NCBI GenBank assembly: GCA_963843845.1
Contig: CAWJMB010000002.1
Coordinates: 2,048,001-2,112,000, forward strand
Origin: an uncultured Gemmatimonadaceae bacterium
GTDB taxonomy: Bacteria; Gemmatimonadota; Gemmatimonadetes; Gemmatimonadales; Gemmatimonadaceae
Reading direction: 5' to 3'
DNA length: 64,000 nucleotides
Both the position numbers and the translations under genes were made by a program. Shown here in pieces: positions 12,818-22,386 of the stretch. The notes beneath the pieces are model-generated. The model was not told where the DNA came from, made no database searches, and saw nothing but the letters and a program-made list of their open reading frames with translations. Positions within the stretch are counted from its first letter, which is position 1, and each line of letters starts with the position of its first letter.

Positions 12818-13489
12818 TCAGGCGTCGCCGACGAGGTCGGGGACCGTCTCGCGTAAGGTCGTCGCTGGAATGACTCCGGGGCGGATCACGCGCGGCACTC
12901 GCCCGGTGCAGTCGACTACCGTCGACGGCGACGACGGCGGGATCGTACCGGCATCGAGGACCCGGAGCACGCCGCGATTGATCGCGTCGGGCCACTGCGT
13001 GACGATCTCCGCCGCCGACATCGCGGGAGCCACTCCCGGGCGGTTCGCGCTCGTGGACGTGATCGGCTCGCCGTACGCACGGATCAACCGCGTCAACCCG
13101 GCGTGCGGGGTCCAGCGCACGGCCACGCCACCCTCGGGGCCGCGCAACCGCGGCGGCACTCTGCGCTCGCCGCCGGAGAGCACGAGCGTGAGCGGCCCTG
13201 GCCAGTGGCGGGCCGCGAGACGTGCGGCACTCGGCGTCAGCGTCAGCCCGAACCGCTCGATCATGTCGCTCCCCGCCACGAGGAGCAGGAACGGCTTCGC
13301 CGGCGGGCGCGACTTGAGTCGGACGAGCGACTCGACCGACTCGAAATCGACCGCGCTGCCGAAGCCGTACACCGTCTCGGTGGGATAGCCGAGCACGAGA
13401 CCGGCGTTCAGATGCGCGATCGTGTCGCGCAGAGACGCTTCGACCTCCTCGACCGACCAGAACGGCACGGCGCCGGTGGCGGCGATCAT
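12818..13489 (-). CDS. tsaC: L-threonylcarbamoyladenylate synthase (TsaC/YrdC/Sua5 family)
   Basis: YPTETVYG, KSRP, WPGPLT, STSAN, PSTVVD. Confidence 0.9.
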   Translation of the reverse strand: MIAATGAVPFWSVEEVEASLRDTIAHLNAGLVLGYPTETVYGFGSAVDFESVESLVRLKSRPPAKPFLLLVAGSDMIERFGLTLTPSAARLAARHWPGPLTLVLSGGERRVPPRLRGPEGGVAVRWTPHAGLTRLIRAYGEPITSTSANRPGVAPAMSAAEIVTQWPDAINRGVLRVLDAGTIPPSSPSTVVDCTGRVPRVIRPGVIPATTLRETVPDLVGDA

Positions 13490-13532
13490 GCGACCTCCGG
13501 TCGCATCGGCAGATTCAGCTGCAACGGTCGAT

Positions 13533-14360
13533 TCACTCTGGAAGAAGGCTGAGCACTTCGGCGCGGGCGAAGTCGGCGTCCTCCGTCACTTTCAGCGCGC
13601 GCTCGCTTCCGCGCACGATGCGGACCGGAATGCCGAGCCACTCGCAGATTCCCGCGTCGTCGGTCGGCGCCAGGCGAGCGCGGTGTGCCTCGGCGTGGGC
13701 GCGCACGATGAGGTCCCGCGGAAAGCCTTGCGGCGTCTGCACGCGCCACAACCGCGTGCGGTCGACCGTGCGCACGACGTGCCCGTCCTCGTTCACTTCC
13801 TTCACCGTGTCGACCACCGGGAGCGCCGGCACGACCGCCTCACCCCCGCGTGCCGCGACGACGACGCGCTCGATCAGTGCGTCCGACACGAGCGGCCGAG
13901 CCGCGTCGTGGATCAGGACCGTCTCGACCTCATCGGGTAGGTCCTCGAGCCCGTTCGCGACGCTCTCACTCCGTTCGCGTCCGCCGACCGACACGAGGAG
14001 CCGATCGACGTCACACTGGAACAGCCAGGGCGGCGGGTCCGCGGCGTGCGATTTCGGGAGCACGACCACGACCATCGCGACGTCCGGGCGCGCCATGAAG
14101 GCCTGCACGCTGTGCAGCAACATCGGGCGTCCGGCGACCCAGCGAAACTGCTTCAGCTCGTCGCCCCCGACGCGCGTGCCCCGCCCTGCGGCGACGATGA
14201 CGACGCCGACGTCGCGCCTGACGTGTGCATCGCGCGCCGGGAGCTGTGGGCGCGACGCGACGACCGGCGGCGGGACGACGCGCCGCGGCGCGCGCGCCTC
14301 GTGCGCTTCCGCCTCACCATGCGGCAGGAACGCGCCGGGATTCGCCGCATCGCCGCTCAC
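13533..14360 (-). CDS. ispD: 2-C-methyl-D-erythritol 4-phosphate cytidylyltransferase
   Basis: AAGRGTR, KQF, IHDAARP, VQTPQGF, TDD, KVT. Confidence 0.93.
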   Translation of the reverse strand: MSGDAANPGAFLPHGEAEAHEARAPRRVVPPPVVASRPQLPARDAHVRRDVGVVIVAAGRGTRVGGDELKQFRWVAGRPMLLHSVQAFMARPDVAMVVVVLPKSHAADPPPWLFQCDVDRLLVSVGGRERSESVANGLEDLPDEVETVLIHDAARPLVSDALIERVVVAARGGEAVVPALPVVDTVKEVNEDGHVVRTVDRTRLWRVQTPQGFPRDLIVRAHAEAHRARLAPTDDAGICEWLGIPVRIVRGSERALKVTEDADFARAEVLSLLPE

Positions 14361-15760
14361 GCGAACACCCGGTCGAACAGCTCGCGGATGGTGCGGACGG
14401 CGACCGCGCGGACGTCACGTACGGCGCGCTTCGGCACGCCGCGCTCGGCCACGTAGGCGGTGGTCATTCCCATCTTGGCCGCCTCCGCCAGTCGCCGCTC
14501 CATCTGCGACACGGGACGAATCTCGCCACCGAGTCCGACTTCGCCGATGAAGGCGACATCGTTGGGCAGGGCGCGGTCGTACACGCTCGACGCGAGCGCG
14601 GCCGCGACCGCGAGATCGCCCGCCGGCTCCTGCATGCGAACGCCACCGACGACGTTCAGGAACACGTCGAGCTGCGAGAAGTTGAGTCCCGCGCGTTTGT
14701 CGAGCACCGCGAGCAGCAATGCCAGGCGCCGTCCGTCGTACCCGGTCGCGACGCGCTGCGGCGTGCCGAAGCCGGCTTTCGCGGCGAGCGCCTGGATCTC
14801 GACGAGCACCGGCCGAGTGCCTTCCAGCAGCGCTGTCACTGCGCTGCCCGACGCCGCGTTCGTGCGGTCGCCGAGGAACAGCTCGGATGGGTTCTCGATG
14901 GCGATGAGCCCTCCTTCGGTCATGCGGAACACGCCGATTTCGTCGACCGAGCCGAAGCGATTCTTGTTCGCGCGGAGGATCCGATGATCGAGTGAGCTCT
15001 CCCCCTCGAAGTAGAGCACCGTGTCCACGATGTGCTCGAGCGTTTTCGGCCCGGCGATGCCGCCGCCCTTCGTGACGTGGCCGACGACGAACGTCGCCGT
15101 ACCAGACTCTTTCGCGAAGCGCATGAGTCGCGCGGCGCACTCTCGCACCTGGCCGACGTTTCCCGGCGCCCCTTCGAGATCCTGCGTGAAGACCGTCTGG
15201 ATCGAGTCCACGACCATGACGTCCGGTCGGAGCGCAGCGCCGGTCGCGATCACGGTCTCGAGCAGTGTCTCGCTCAGCAGCGACACCTCGCCGGCGCCGC
15301 TCGCGAGCCGGTCAGCGCGCAGCTTCACCTGCAGCGGAGACTCTTCACCGGACACGTACAAGGTCCGACGCCCCGCACCTTCGAGCTGCGCCGCGACCTG
15401 GAGCAGCAGCGTCGACTTGCCGATCCCCGGCTCTCCACCGACGAGCACCATCGACCCCGGCACGATCCCGCCGCCCAACACGAAGTCGAACTCGCCGAGC
15501 CCCGTCTGCCAGCGCTTCGCCTCGGATCCGCTGATCTCGCGCAGCCGCGGGGTCGGCGCCACCGAGCCGCCCTCGCCGAGGGTCGCGCTGCCCCCGATGC
15601 GGCGCGCGACGCTCGCGCCTTTCGCCGACACCGCCTTGGGGGCGGCGATCTCTTCGACGAGGGTATTCCACTCGCCGCACGCGTCGCAGCGCCCCTGCCA
15701 TTTCGCGTGCTCCGCCGCGCACTCGGTGCAGCGGTACACTGTCTTCGGCTTGCTCGCCAT
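14357..15760 (-). CDS. radA: DNA repair protein RadA/Sms
   Basis: Zn finger CTEC...CDAC, GEPGIGKSTL, KNRFG, Lon-like C-terminus. Confidence 0.96.
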   Translation of the reverse strand: MASKPKTVYRCTECAAEHAKWQGRCDACGEWNTLVEEIAAPKAVSAKGASVARRIGGSATLGEGGSVAPTPRLREISGSEAKRWQTGLGEFDFVLGGGIVPGSMVLVGGEPGIGKSTLLLQVAAQLEGAGRRTLYVSGEESPLQVKLRADRLASGAGEVSLLSETLLETVIATGAALRPDVMVVDSIQTVFTQDLEGAPGNVGQVRECAARLMRFAKESGTATFVVGHVTKGGGIAGPKTLEHIVDTVLYFEGESSLDHRILRANKNRFGSVDEIGVFRMTEGGLIAIENPSELFLGDRTNAASGSAVTALLEGTRPVLVEIQALAAKAGFGTPQRVATGYDGRRLALLLAVLDKRAGLNFSQLDVFLNVVGGVRMQEPAGDLAVAAALASSVYDRALPNDVAFIGEVGLGGEIRPVSQMERRLAEAAKMGMTTAYVAERGVPKRAVRDVRAVAVRTIRELFDRVFA

Positions 15761-15844
15761 GAGCCTATCGTACACCGCGCCGCGAATCGCGATGCATCAC
15801 TCCATCGCGCCGCGCATCATCCGAACGCTCGGCGCCGCCCTGCG

Positions 15845-17275
15845 TCACTCGCTGCCGCCGTTCGACTGCCAGGCGCCTTTCGCGACGCTCTCGAACCGCG
15901 TGTACTGCTTGTGGAAAAAGAGGGGGACGCTGCCGATCGGACCGTTGCGCTGCTTGCCGATGATGACTTCGGCTTTCCCTTCGATCGACGGATCTTTCAG
16001 CATCCCATTCTCGCGTTCCGCGTAGACCTCTTCGCGGAACAGGAACATGATGAGATCGGCGTCCTGCTCGATCGCCCCCGACTCGCGCAGGTCGGAGAGC
16101 ACCGGGCGCCCCTTCTCGGCGCCGGCGCGCTGCTCGACCGCGCGCGACAGCTGTGACAGCGCGACGACGGGCACGCTCAGCTCTTTCGCGATCGCTTTGA
16201 GCCCGCGCGAGATGATGCTGACTTCCTGCTGTCGATTCTCGGCGCCGTTCGGGACGGTCATGAGCTGCAGGTAGTCGACGATCACGAGGTCGAGCCCGTG
16301 ATCCGACTTCAGTCGGCGTGCCTTCGAGCGCATGTCCATGATCGACAGTCCGGGCGTGTCGTCGATGAACACGGGCGCGTGCGAGAGAATGCCGGCCGCG
16401 CGCGCGAGGCGGGGGAAGTCGTCGTCGCGGAGACGTCCCTTGCGGAGCGTCTGCGCGTCGATGCGAGCCTCGCTCGTCAGCATGCGCTGCACGAGCGAGT
16501 CCTTGCTCATCTCGAGCGAGAAGAACGCGACGGTCTTCTTGTCCGTGATGGCGGAATGCTGCGCGATGTTGAGCGTGAACGCCGTCTTGCCCATCGAGGG
16601 GCGTGCCGCGACGATCACGAGGTCGGCCGGCTGGAAGCCCGACGTCATCTCGTCGAGGTCCTTGAAGCCGCTCGCGAGTCCAGTGATCGACGTCCCGCTG
16701 AGGCTCTGGTCCTCGATGCGCTGCATCGCCGGCCAGAGGAGCTCCTTGATGCGCGTGAAGCCGCCGACGTTCCGCGACTGCCCGATCTGGAAGATCTTCG
16801 ACTCGGCTTCGTCGAGCAGATCGCCGGCCATGCGGTGGCCTTCGAACGCCTCGCCGACGATGTTCGTCGACACTTCGATCAGGCGGCGCAGCAGCGCCTT
16901 CTCGCGAACGATCTTCGCGTGGTACTCGACGTTCGCCGCGGTCGGGACGGCGTCGATCAGGTATCCGACATATTCCTTGCCACCGCTCGACTCGAGCTCG
17001 CCGCGGCGACCCAGCTCGTCGGCGAGCGTGAGCGGATCGACGACGTCCCCACGTTCCGTGACCGCGAGCATCGCCCGGAAGATCCGGCGATGTCCCTCGC
17101 GGTAGAACATCGTGTCGTCGACGTGCTCGGCGGCGCGCATGATGGCGTCCTGATCGAGCAGCATCGCGCCGAGCACGGCTTGCTCGGCGTCCTCCGAGTA
17201 CGGCGGGCGGCGATCCTTGTACGGATCCACGCGGCTACTCTGCGCGATCGAGTATTCGGCGAGCGAGTTGGACAT
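15845..17275 (-). CDS. dnaB: Replicative DNA helicase
   Basis: AARPSMGKT, VDYLQL, LSQLSR, SDLRESGAIEQDAD, KQRNGP; normal length, so no intein. Confidence 0.97.
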   Translation of the reverse strand: MSNSLAEYSIAQSSRVDPYKDRRPPYSEDAEQAVLGAMLLDQDAIMRAAEHVDDTMFYREGHRRIFRAMLAVTERGDVVDPLTLADELGRRGELESSGGKEYVGYLIDAVPTAANVEYHAKIVREKALLRRLIEVSTNIVGEAFEGHRMAGDLLDEAESKIFQIGQSRNVGGFTRIKELLWPAMQRIEDQSLSGTSITGLASGFKDLDEMTSGFQPADLVIVAARPSMGKTAFTLNIAQHSAITDKKTVAFFSLEMSKDSLVQRMLTSEARIDAQTLRKGRLRDDDFPRLARAAGILSHAPVFIDDTPGLSIMDMRSKARRLKSDHGLDLVIVDYLQLMTVPNGAENRQQEVSIISRGLKAIAKELSVPVVALSQLSRAVEQRAGAEKGRPVLSDLRESGAIEQDADLIMFLFREEVYAERENGMLKDPSIEGKAEVIIGKQRNGPIGSVPLFFHKQYTRFESVAKGAWQSNGGSE

Positions 17276-18296
17276 CTTCCCAGGTGGGACGCTTCCAGGT
17301 CGGATTACGCAGAAGCGCGGCGGGATGGTATGTCGCGACCAGCGGAATCCCGTGGTAGCGATGCTCCTGCCCGCGCAGCTTCGAGACGCCGAGCTTCGTG
17401 CCGAGGAGCGTCTGCGCTGCGAAGTTGCCCAGCGTGAGAATCACCTTCGGGCGAAGAAGCTCCAGCTGCCGCACGAGGTAGGGCGAGCACGCGGCGACCT
17501 CCTCGACCTCCGGATTCCGGTTTCCCGGCGGACGGTGCTTCACCACGTTGCAGATGAAGACTTCCTCGCGCTGCAACTTAATGGCGCCGAGGATTTTGGT
17601 CAGAAGCTGCCCGGACGCCCCGACGAACGGACGCCCGGACGCGTCCTCGTCGGCGCCAGGGGCTTCACCGACGATGACGAAGTCGGCGTTCGGGTCACCT
17701 TCGCCGGGCACCGGATTCTTCGCGCCGCGATACAGCGGACACCTCGTGCATTCCGCGACGAGGCGCGCGAGCTCGTTCAGCGACGTGACGTGCGCGAGCG
17801 GTCCGCCGAGCAGCAGGTCGCGTCCGACGTCGAGTCCGACCGGGATCGGCGCGTCGTCTGCCGCACGACTCTCAAGAGAGGCCTCCTCCGCCGGCGTCGG
17901 CGAAGGCGGCGCCTCCTGCGGCGGCAGCGGCTGCGATCGCGCGGGCGACTGCACGCCCGGCGCGGCCGCTCCGGCGGCGAGCAACGCGGCGCGCCAGTCA
18001 CTCGATCCGGTCGGGTGCGGCGACGCGTCGTCGCGCGACACCTCGCCGTCGCTGGCGGCGTGCGCCTCCGGGGGGGCGGCGTGCGCCTCCGGGGGGTCGG
18101 CGCGCGGCAGGTCCCCCTCGGCACGAAGCCGCGGGTGATCCGCCGGCGCCTGCACATCGTCCGCGCCCCGCGACCGGGCGCCGAGCATGCCGAGCACGTC
18201 ATCGACGCTCATGCCGTCGAGCACGAGCTCACGCTCGCCGAGCTCGCGCCGTTGCTCGAGGTAGCGCCGGAGCGCGTCGCGGGCCGTGTCGGACAT
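17235..18296 (-). CDS. udg: Uracil-DNA glycosylase family 4 with long low-complexity N-terminal linker
   Basis: CTRCPL, VGEAPG, GRPFVG, RPPGNR, TYHPAALLR. Confidence 0.92.
   Translation of the reverse strand: MSDTARDALRRYLEQRRELGERELVLDGMSVDDVLGMLGARSRGADDVQAPADHPRLRAEGDLPRADPPEAHAAPPEAHAASDGEVSRDDASPHPTGSSDWRAALLAAGAAAPGVQSPARSQPLPPQEAPPSPTPAEEASLESRAADDAPIPVGLDVGRDLLLGGPLAHVTSLNELARLVAECTRCPLYRGAKNPVPGEGDPNADFVIVGEAPGADEDASGRPFVGASGQLLTKILGAIKLQREEVFICNVVKHRPPGNRNPEVEEVAACSPYLVRQLELLRPKVILTLGNFAAQTLLGTKLGVSKLRGQEHRYHGIPLVATYHPAALLRNPTWKRPTWEDVQLARRILDRAE
18054..18095. repeat. Perfect 2 x 21 bp tandem repeat inside udg (PPEAHAA twice)
   Basis: ggcggcgtgcgcctccggggg occurs twice in tandem. 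Confidence 0.85.
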
Positions 18297-18347
18297 GACG
18301 AGGCAGTCGCCGTCAGGCAGCGCGGACGGTGCCGGACGGCGTTCGCT

Positions 18348-18560
18348 TCACTCTCCCGCGCGGCGGCGCGGAACGATCGTGTACTCGAGATGGTCGGACG
18401 TCAGCTCCTCGAGCGCGCGCGTGGTGAGCTTCTTCTCCCCCGACCGCCCGGGGACGCGCGGAAAGTCGTTCAGGACTCGCGCGTACTTCGCCGCGACGAG
18501 CACCGCGAGGTACTTGTTCGTCGGTTCCTTGGCGATGTCTTTCGGAGTGAAAACCTGCAT
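18348..18560 (-). CDS. rpoZ: RNA polymerase omega subunit
   Basis: NKYLAVLVAAKYAR...KLTTRALEEL; directly after gmk. Confidence 0.82.
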   Translation of the reverse strand: MQVFTPKDIAKEPTNKYLAVLVAAKYARVLNDFPRVPGRSGEKKLTTRALEELTSDHLEYTIVPRRRAGE

Positions 18561-18562
18561 GG

Positions 18563-19210
18563 TCAGCTCACGGTAGAATGGTGGTCGATCTGTCGCTCCA
18601 GCTCCGCGAGAATCACGGCGACCTGGTCGTCGAGGGCGCGGATTCGCTCGCGGCGCACGCCTTCTGCGTCGATGATCGACGCGACCTGACGGACGGCCGC
18701 GTCCAGCTCATCGTTCATCACGACGTACTGATATTCGCGCACGGCGGCCAGCTCGTCGCGCGCGCTGCGCAGCCTCGTCGCGAGCGAGCGCGCGTTCTCC
18801 GTCGAGCGCGCCGACAAGCGTGCCAGGAGGACGTGCGCCGACGGCGGGAGCACGAAGATGAGCACCGACTCGGGAAATGCACGAACGAATTTGCGCGCAC
18901 CCTGAGGGTCGATGTCCATCACGACGTGCCTTCCGGAGGAGGTGACGCGCTGCACCTCGCTGCGGAGCGTGCCGTACAGGTTGCCGTGCACTTCTGCCCA
19001 CTCCGCGAACTCACCCAGCTCGCGTCGCGCGACGAAGTCGTCGACCGAGACGAAATAGTAGTCGTGCCCGTCGGTCTCGCCGATCCGGGGCTCGCGCGTC
19101 GTACACGACACCGAGTATCCCAGGTCCGCACGCGACGCGAGGAGTCGACGCGCGATCGTCGTCTTCCCGCCACCCGACGGCGACGACAGGATGATCGGGA
19201 AGTGCGTCAC
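18563..19210 (-). CDS. gmk: Guanylate kinase
   Basis: SSPSGGGKTT, SCTTREPR, DYYF, EWAEVHGNLYGT. Confidence 0.95.
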   Translation of the reverse strand: MTHFPIILSSPSGGGKTTIARRLLASRADLGYSVSCTTREPRIGETDGHDYYFVSVDDFVARRELGEFAEWAEVHGNLYGTLRSEVQRVTSSGRHVVMDIDPQGARKFVRAFPESVLIFVLPPSAHVLLARLSARSTENARSLATRLRSARDELAAVREYQYVVMNDELDAAVRQVASIIDAEGVRRERIRALDDQVAVILAELERQIDHHSTVS

Positions 19211-20088
19211 TCGACGTTCTCGACCTGCTCGCGAATCCGCTCGAGCTCCTCTTTCACGAGCACGACTTCGTGGAGGAGCGCGGCGTCGTTCGCCTTGCTC
19301 CCAGTCGTATTCGCCTCGCGCAGCATCTCCTGGAGAAGAAAGCCGAGTCGTTTGCCGACCGGCTCCGACGACGTGTCGGCGAGCGCCGCGCGGAAGGCAT
19401 CGAGATGCATGCGAAAGCGGTCGATCTCCTCACTCACGTCGAGGCGATCGGCCAGAATCGCGATCTCCTGCGCGAGCCGCTGCTCGTCGACCGCGACGCC
19501 GTCGATCAGCTCGCGGACACTCGTACGCAGCCGGTCGCGCTGCTCGACGAGGCGGTGGGGAGCGCGTGCCTCGATTCGCTCGTAGGCGCCATCGAGCACG
19601 GCGATCCGTTCCGCGAGCACGGCGGCGACGCGCGCGCCTTCCTCCGCACGCGTGGTCGTCAGCGCTGCCGCTGCGACGTCGACCACCGCGACCAACTCGG
19701 CGGCCGTCCCCTCGATCTGCTCCGGGGCCTCCGCACGAAGCACCTCCGGCAGCCGGAGAATCGTTGCGACGTCCAGCGCGCCGGTCAGTCCGTGGCGCGA
19801 GGCGAGCGACCGCAGTTGCTCGACATAGGCGCCGAACCGCGCCTCGTCGACGACCGGCGATGAGCTCTCGTCGGTCTCCCGCTCGAGGCGCGCGTAGGCC
19901 GTCACATGTCCGCGCGCGACGCGCTGCCGCAGCGCCTCGCGTACGTCACCTTCCCAGCGTCCGAGCGAGGCGGGGAGCTTGATGGACGGATTGAAGAAGC
20001 GGTGGTTGACCGTGCGGAGCTCCACGCTCACGCGCATCGACCCCACCCGCCCTTCCGCGGCCCCGAATCCCGTCATGCTGCGTATCAT
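19207..20088 (-). CDS. yicC: YicC/YloC family endoribonuclease
   Basis: MIRSMTGFG, VNHRF, GKRLGFLLQEMLREANT, IREQVENVE. Confidence 0.95.
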   Translation of the reverse strand: MIRSMTGFGAAEGRVGSMRVSVELRTVNHRFFNPSIKLPASLGRWEGDVREALRQRVARGHVTAYARLERETDESSSPVVDEARFGAYVEQLRSLASRHGLTGALDVATILRLPEVLRAEAPEQIEGTAAELVAVVDVAAAALTTTRAEEGARVAAVLAERIAVLDGAYERIEARAPHRLVEQRDRLRTSVRELIDGVAVDEQRLAQEIAILADRLDVSEEIDRFRMHLDAFRAALADTSSEPVGKRLGFLLQEMLREANTTGSKANDAALLHEVVLVKEELERIREQVENVE

Positions 20089-20125
20089 GGCAAGCCGGTT
20101 AAACTATTGCCGCACAACGAGATCG

Positions 20126-22336
20126 TCAATTCCAAAATGTCCAACGCAGCCCGTAGTAGTTGATCGGACCCGGCATCACGAAGCCCGGAACCACCTCGAA
20201 CCGCCGATTCAGCGCGTTGCGAAGCTGGTAGCTGAGTGTGCCGCTCAGGATGCGAATCTCGAGCTGCACGGTCATCGCGTTCCACGGCGCGACGAAGACG
20301 GGATCGACCGCGTCCGCGAACGTGGGGAAGTAGGTCCGGCCGCGGTACTCGTCGATGACCGCGAATTTCAGTCCGAAGTTGCCGGTCGGAAAGCGGCTGA
20401 CCCAGTTCGTCCGCACGCCGATTTCGGTGCGGAGCTGGTACTGCGGGCGGTATGCCCCCCCCGACTGCCACACGGTGCCGTGCGCGTCGAGATAGAGGTC
20501 CTTGTAGAACCGTCCGCGCGCGGCGAACACCCCCCCCGTCGCCGCCGGATCGGCGTACGCGATCGGTCGATGGCCGGTGCTGTCGTCGGCGGCGCACGCG
20601 CCCGCGCCGCCGCGCACGCACTCGTAGACCGCCGGGGCGGCGAGTGACGCTGCGCCGCGCCGAACGACGCCACCGCTGATCCACAGGTTGCCGTAGCGCA
20701 CCGCCCCCTCGACCCGCGTCGTCATGACCGCATCGCCACCGACGTCGCGAGATTCGACGACCGTCGTGCGATTGGTATCAGCGTCCGACGTGATGACCTG
20801 AAACGCGCTGCGGCGATCTCGGCTCACGGAGCCGAGCACCGCGAGCCAGGGCAGCGGCGAGATGCGCGCCGAGAGGTCGATGCGAGCGAGGCGGGCCGGT
20901 GTGGCGAGGACGTAGGCGCTGGTCGTGTCGCGCGACCGCACGACGATCTCGCCGACCGTCGAATCGATCCGCGTCACCGTGCTCCCGGAGCGAACGGTAT
21001 CGAGCGTGATCAGTGGGTACGTCGTGCGCCGGACGACGCGCGCGGTGTCGAGGTACGCGCCTCCCGCCCCGTTCCACTCGCTGAATGCCGACACGGACAA
21101 CAGCGGCGTGTCATAGGACAGGCGTGCCGAGGGAGTGTTCCTCGTGCTCCCGGACATGGCTCGCAGGCGGTCGGTCCCTGAGACGCGGAGCCGTCCGAAG
21201 GTGTACCCACCCGCGAGCACGTACTGAATGCGCGTCGACGCGCTGTCCGCGACGAACACCGAGTCGGTGCCGCGCACCGTCAGGCGCGGCACGCTCGTCG
21301 GCGCCGTGCCACGACGATAGACGATCGTGCTGTCCAGCGCCGCGACGCCCGTTCCGTTCTGGGTCTGCGTCGTCGTGCTCGCGATCACCTGCCCCCACGC
21401 GCCGGAGCTGTCGGGGTTGCCGTACGCGGCACGGACATACGCCTCGCTCCGCCGAATCTCCGACCGCGGGAGGAGCGAGTCCTGCTCCGCAAAGCTCGTC
21501 GTGAGATTGCGCTCGCGGTCCAGCCGATCGTAGACCGCATCGACGCTCCACTTGCGGCGTGCCCATCCGAGGCGCACGATCGCGTCGAGGACGTTGCCGC
21601 CGCCCCCCAGGCGACGGTTGCGCGCGCCGGTTCCGAACTGCTGCACGCCGACCTGTCCCGTGAACCCGCTGCCGAACCGTTTTCCGTAGAAGAAGCGATA
21701 CAGGTTCGTGTCTTCGTCGCCGGTGTACGCGTCGACTCGGGTGTACGCCGTCGTGTTTCGGACCGTCCACGAACGGATGTAGACGCGGATCTCGCCTGCG
21801 GCGCGCTCGATCGCGATGTCGTCGGCGTTGGAGAGGGCGTAGTCACCGACGTCCTGCACACCGCCGGCGCGCGTCGTGAGCGCGTCGAGTTCGATGCCGT
21901 CACGGAAGACGCGAACCCGCGCGACGTCGCCCAGGTACGCGGCCGTCTGCGCCGAGGCGAGAAAGCCGGTCCGGAACACCGACAGTCCGGGAACGCGCTC
22001 GAGCAGATCGCCTAACGTGACGGCCCCGGTCGCGAGCACCGAGTCGCGCGTCCACCGATACAACGGGCCGACGCCGACCTCGGGCGGCAACTCCGCACGC
22101 GCGATCGGTGCCTGGATGCTGTCCCGACGTGTCGGCGTCTTTAGCGTATCCGGAATCCCGCGAACCGAATCGATCCGGATGGAGTCGCTCCGCGCGCCCG
22201 GCGGAATCGGCAGCCGCACGGTGTCCGCGGGGGGCGCCTGCGGCGGGCGCGTCGGCTGCTGCGCGCGGAGCGCGGACGCGCGCGCCGCGAGCAGAACGGC
22301 CCCGGCCACGAGGCCGAGGCCGAGTCGTCGAGTCAC
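20126..22336 (-). CDS. TonB-dependent receptor-like outer-membrane protein (plug plus beta-barrel)
   Basis: Signal-peptide-like N-terminus, plug-like segment TLGDLLERVPGL...VFRDG, alternating beta-strand pattern, C-terminus YGLRWTFWN. GTG start inferred. Confidence 0.7.
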   Translation of the reverse strand: MTRRLGLGLVAGAVLLAARASALRAQQPTRPPQAPPADTVRLPIPPGARSDSIRIDSVRGIPDTLKTPTRRDSIQAPIARAELPPEVGVGPLYRWTRDSVLATGAVTLGDLLERVPGLSVFRTGFLASAQTAAYLGDVARVRVFRDGIELDALTTRAGGVQDVGDYALSNADDIAIERAAGEIRVYIRSWTVRNTTAYTRVDAYTGDEDTNLYRFFYGKRFGSGFTGQVGVQQFGTGARNRRLGGGGNVLDAIVRLGWARRKWSVDAVYDRLDRERNLTTSFAEQDSLLPRSEIRRSEAYVRAAYGNPDSSGAWGQVIASTTTQTQNGTGVAALDSTIVYRRGTAPTSVPRLTVRGTDSVFVADSASTRIQYVLAGGYTFGRLRVSGTDRLRAMSGSTRNTPSARLSYDTPLLSVSAFSEWNGAGGAYLDTARVVRRTTYPLITLDTVRSGSTVTRIDSTVGEIVVRSRDTTSAYVLATPARLARIDLSARISPLPWLAVLGSVSRDRRSAFQVITSDADTNRTTVVESRDVGGDAVMTTRVEGAVRYGNLWISGGVVRRGAASLAAPAVYECVRGGAGACAADDSTGHRPIAYADPAATGGVFAARGRFYKDLYLDAHGTVWQSGGAYRPQYQLRTEIGVRTNWVSRFPTGNFGLKFAVIDEYRGRTYFPTFADAVDPVFVAPWNAMTVQLEIRILSGTLSYQLRNALNRRFEVVPGFVMPGPINYYGLRWTFWN

Positions 22337-22386
22337 TCCAGCAGCGCCGAACGAGCGAGCCGTTCGGCGCGTCCGATGTGTCCGAC

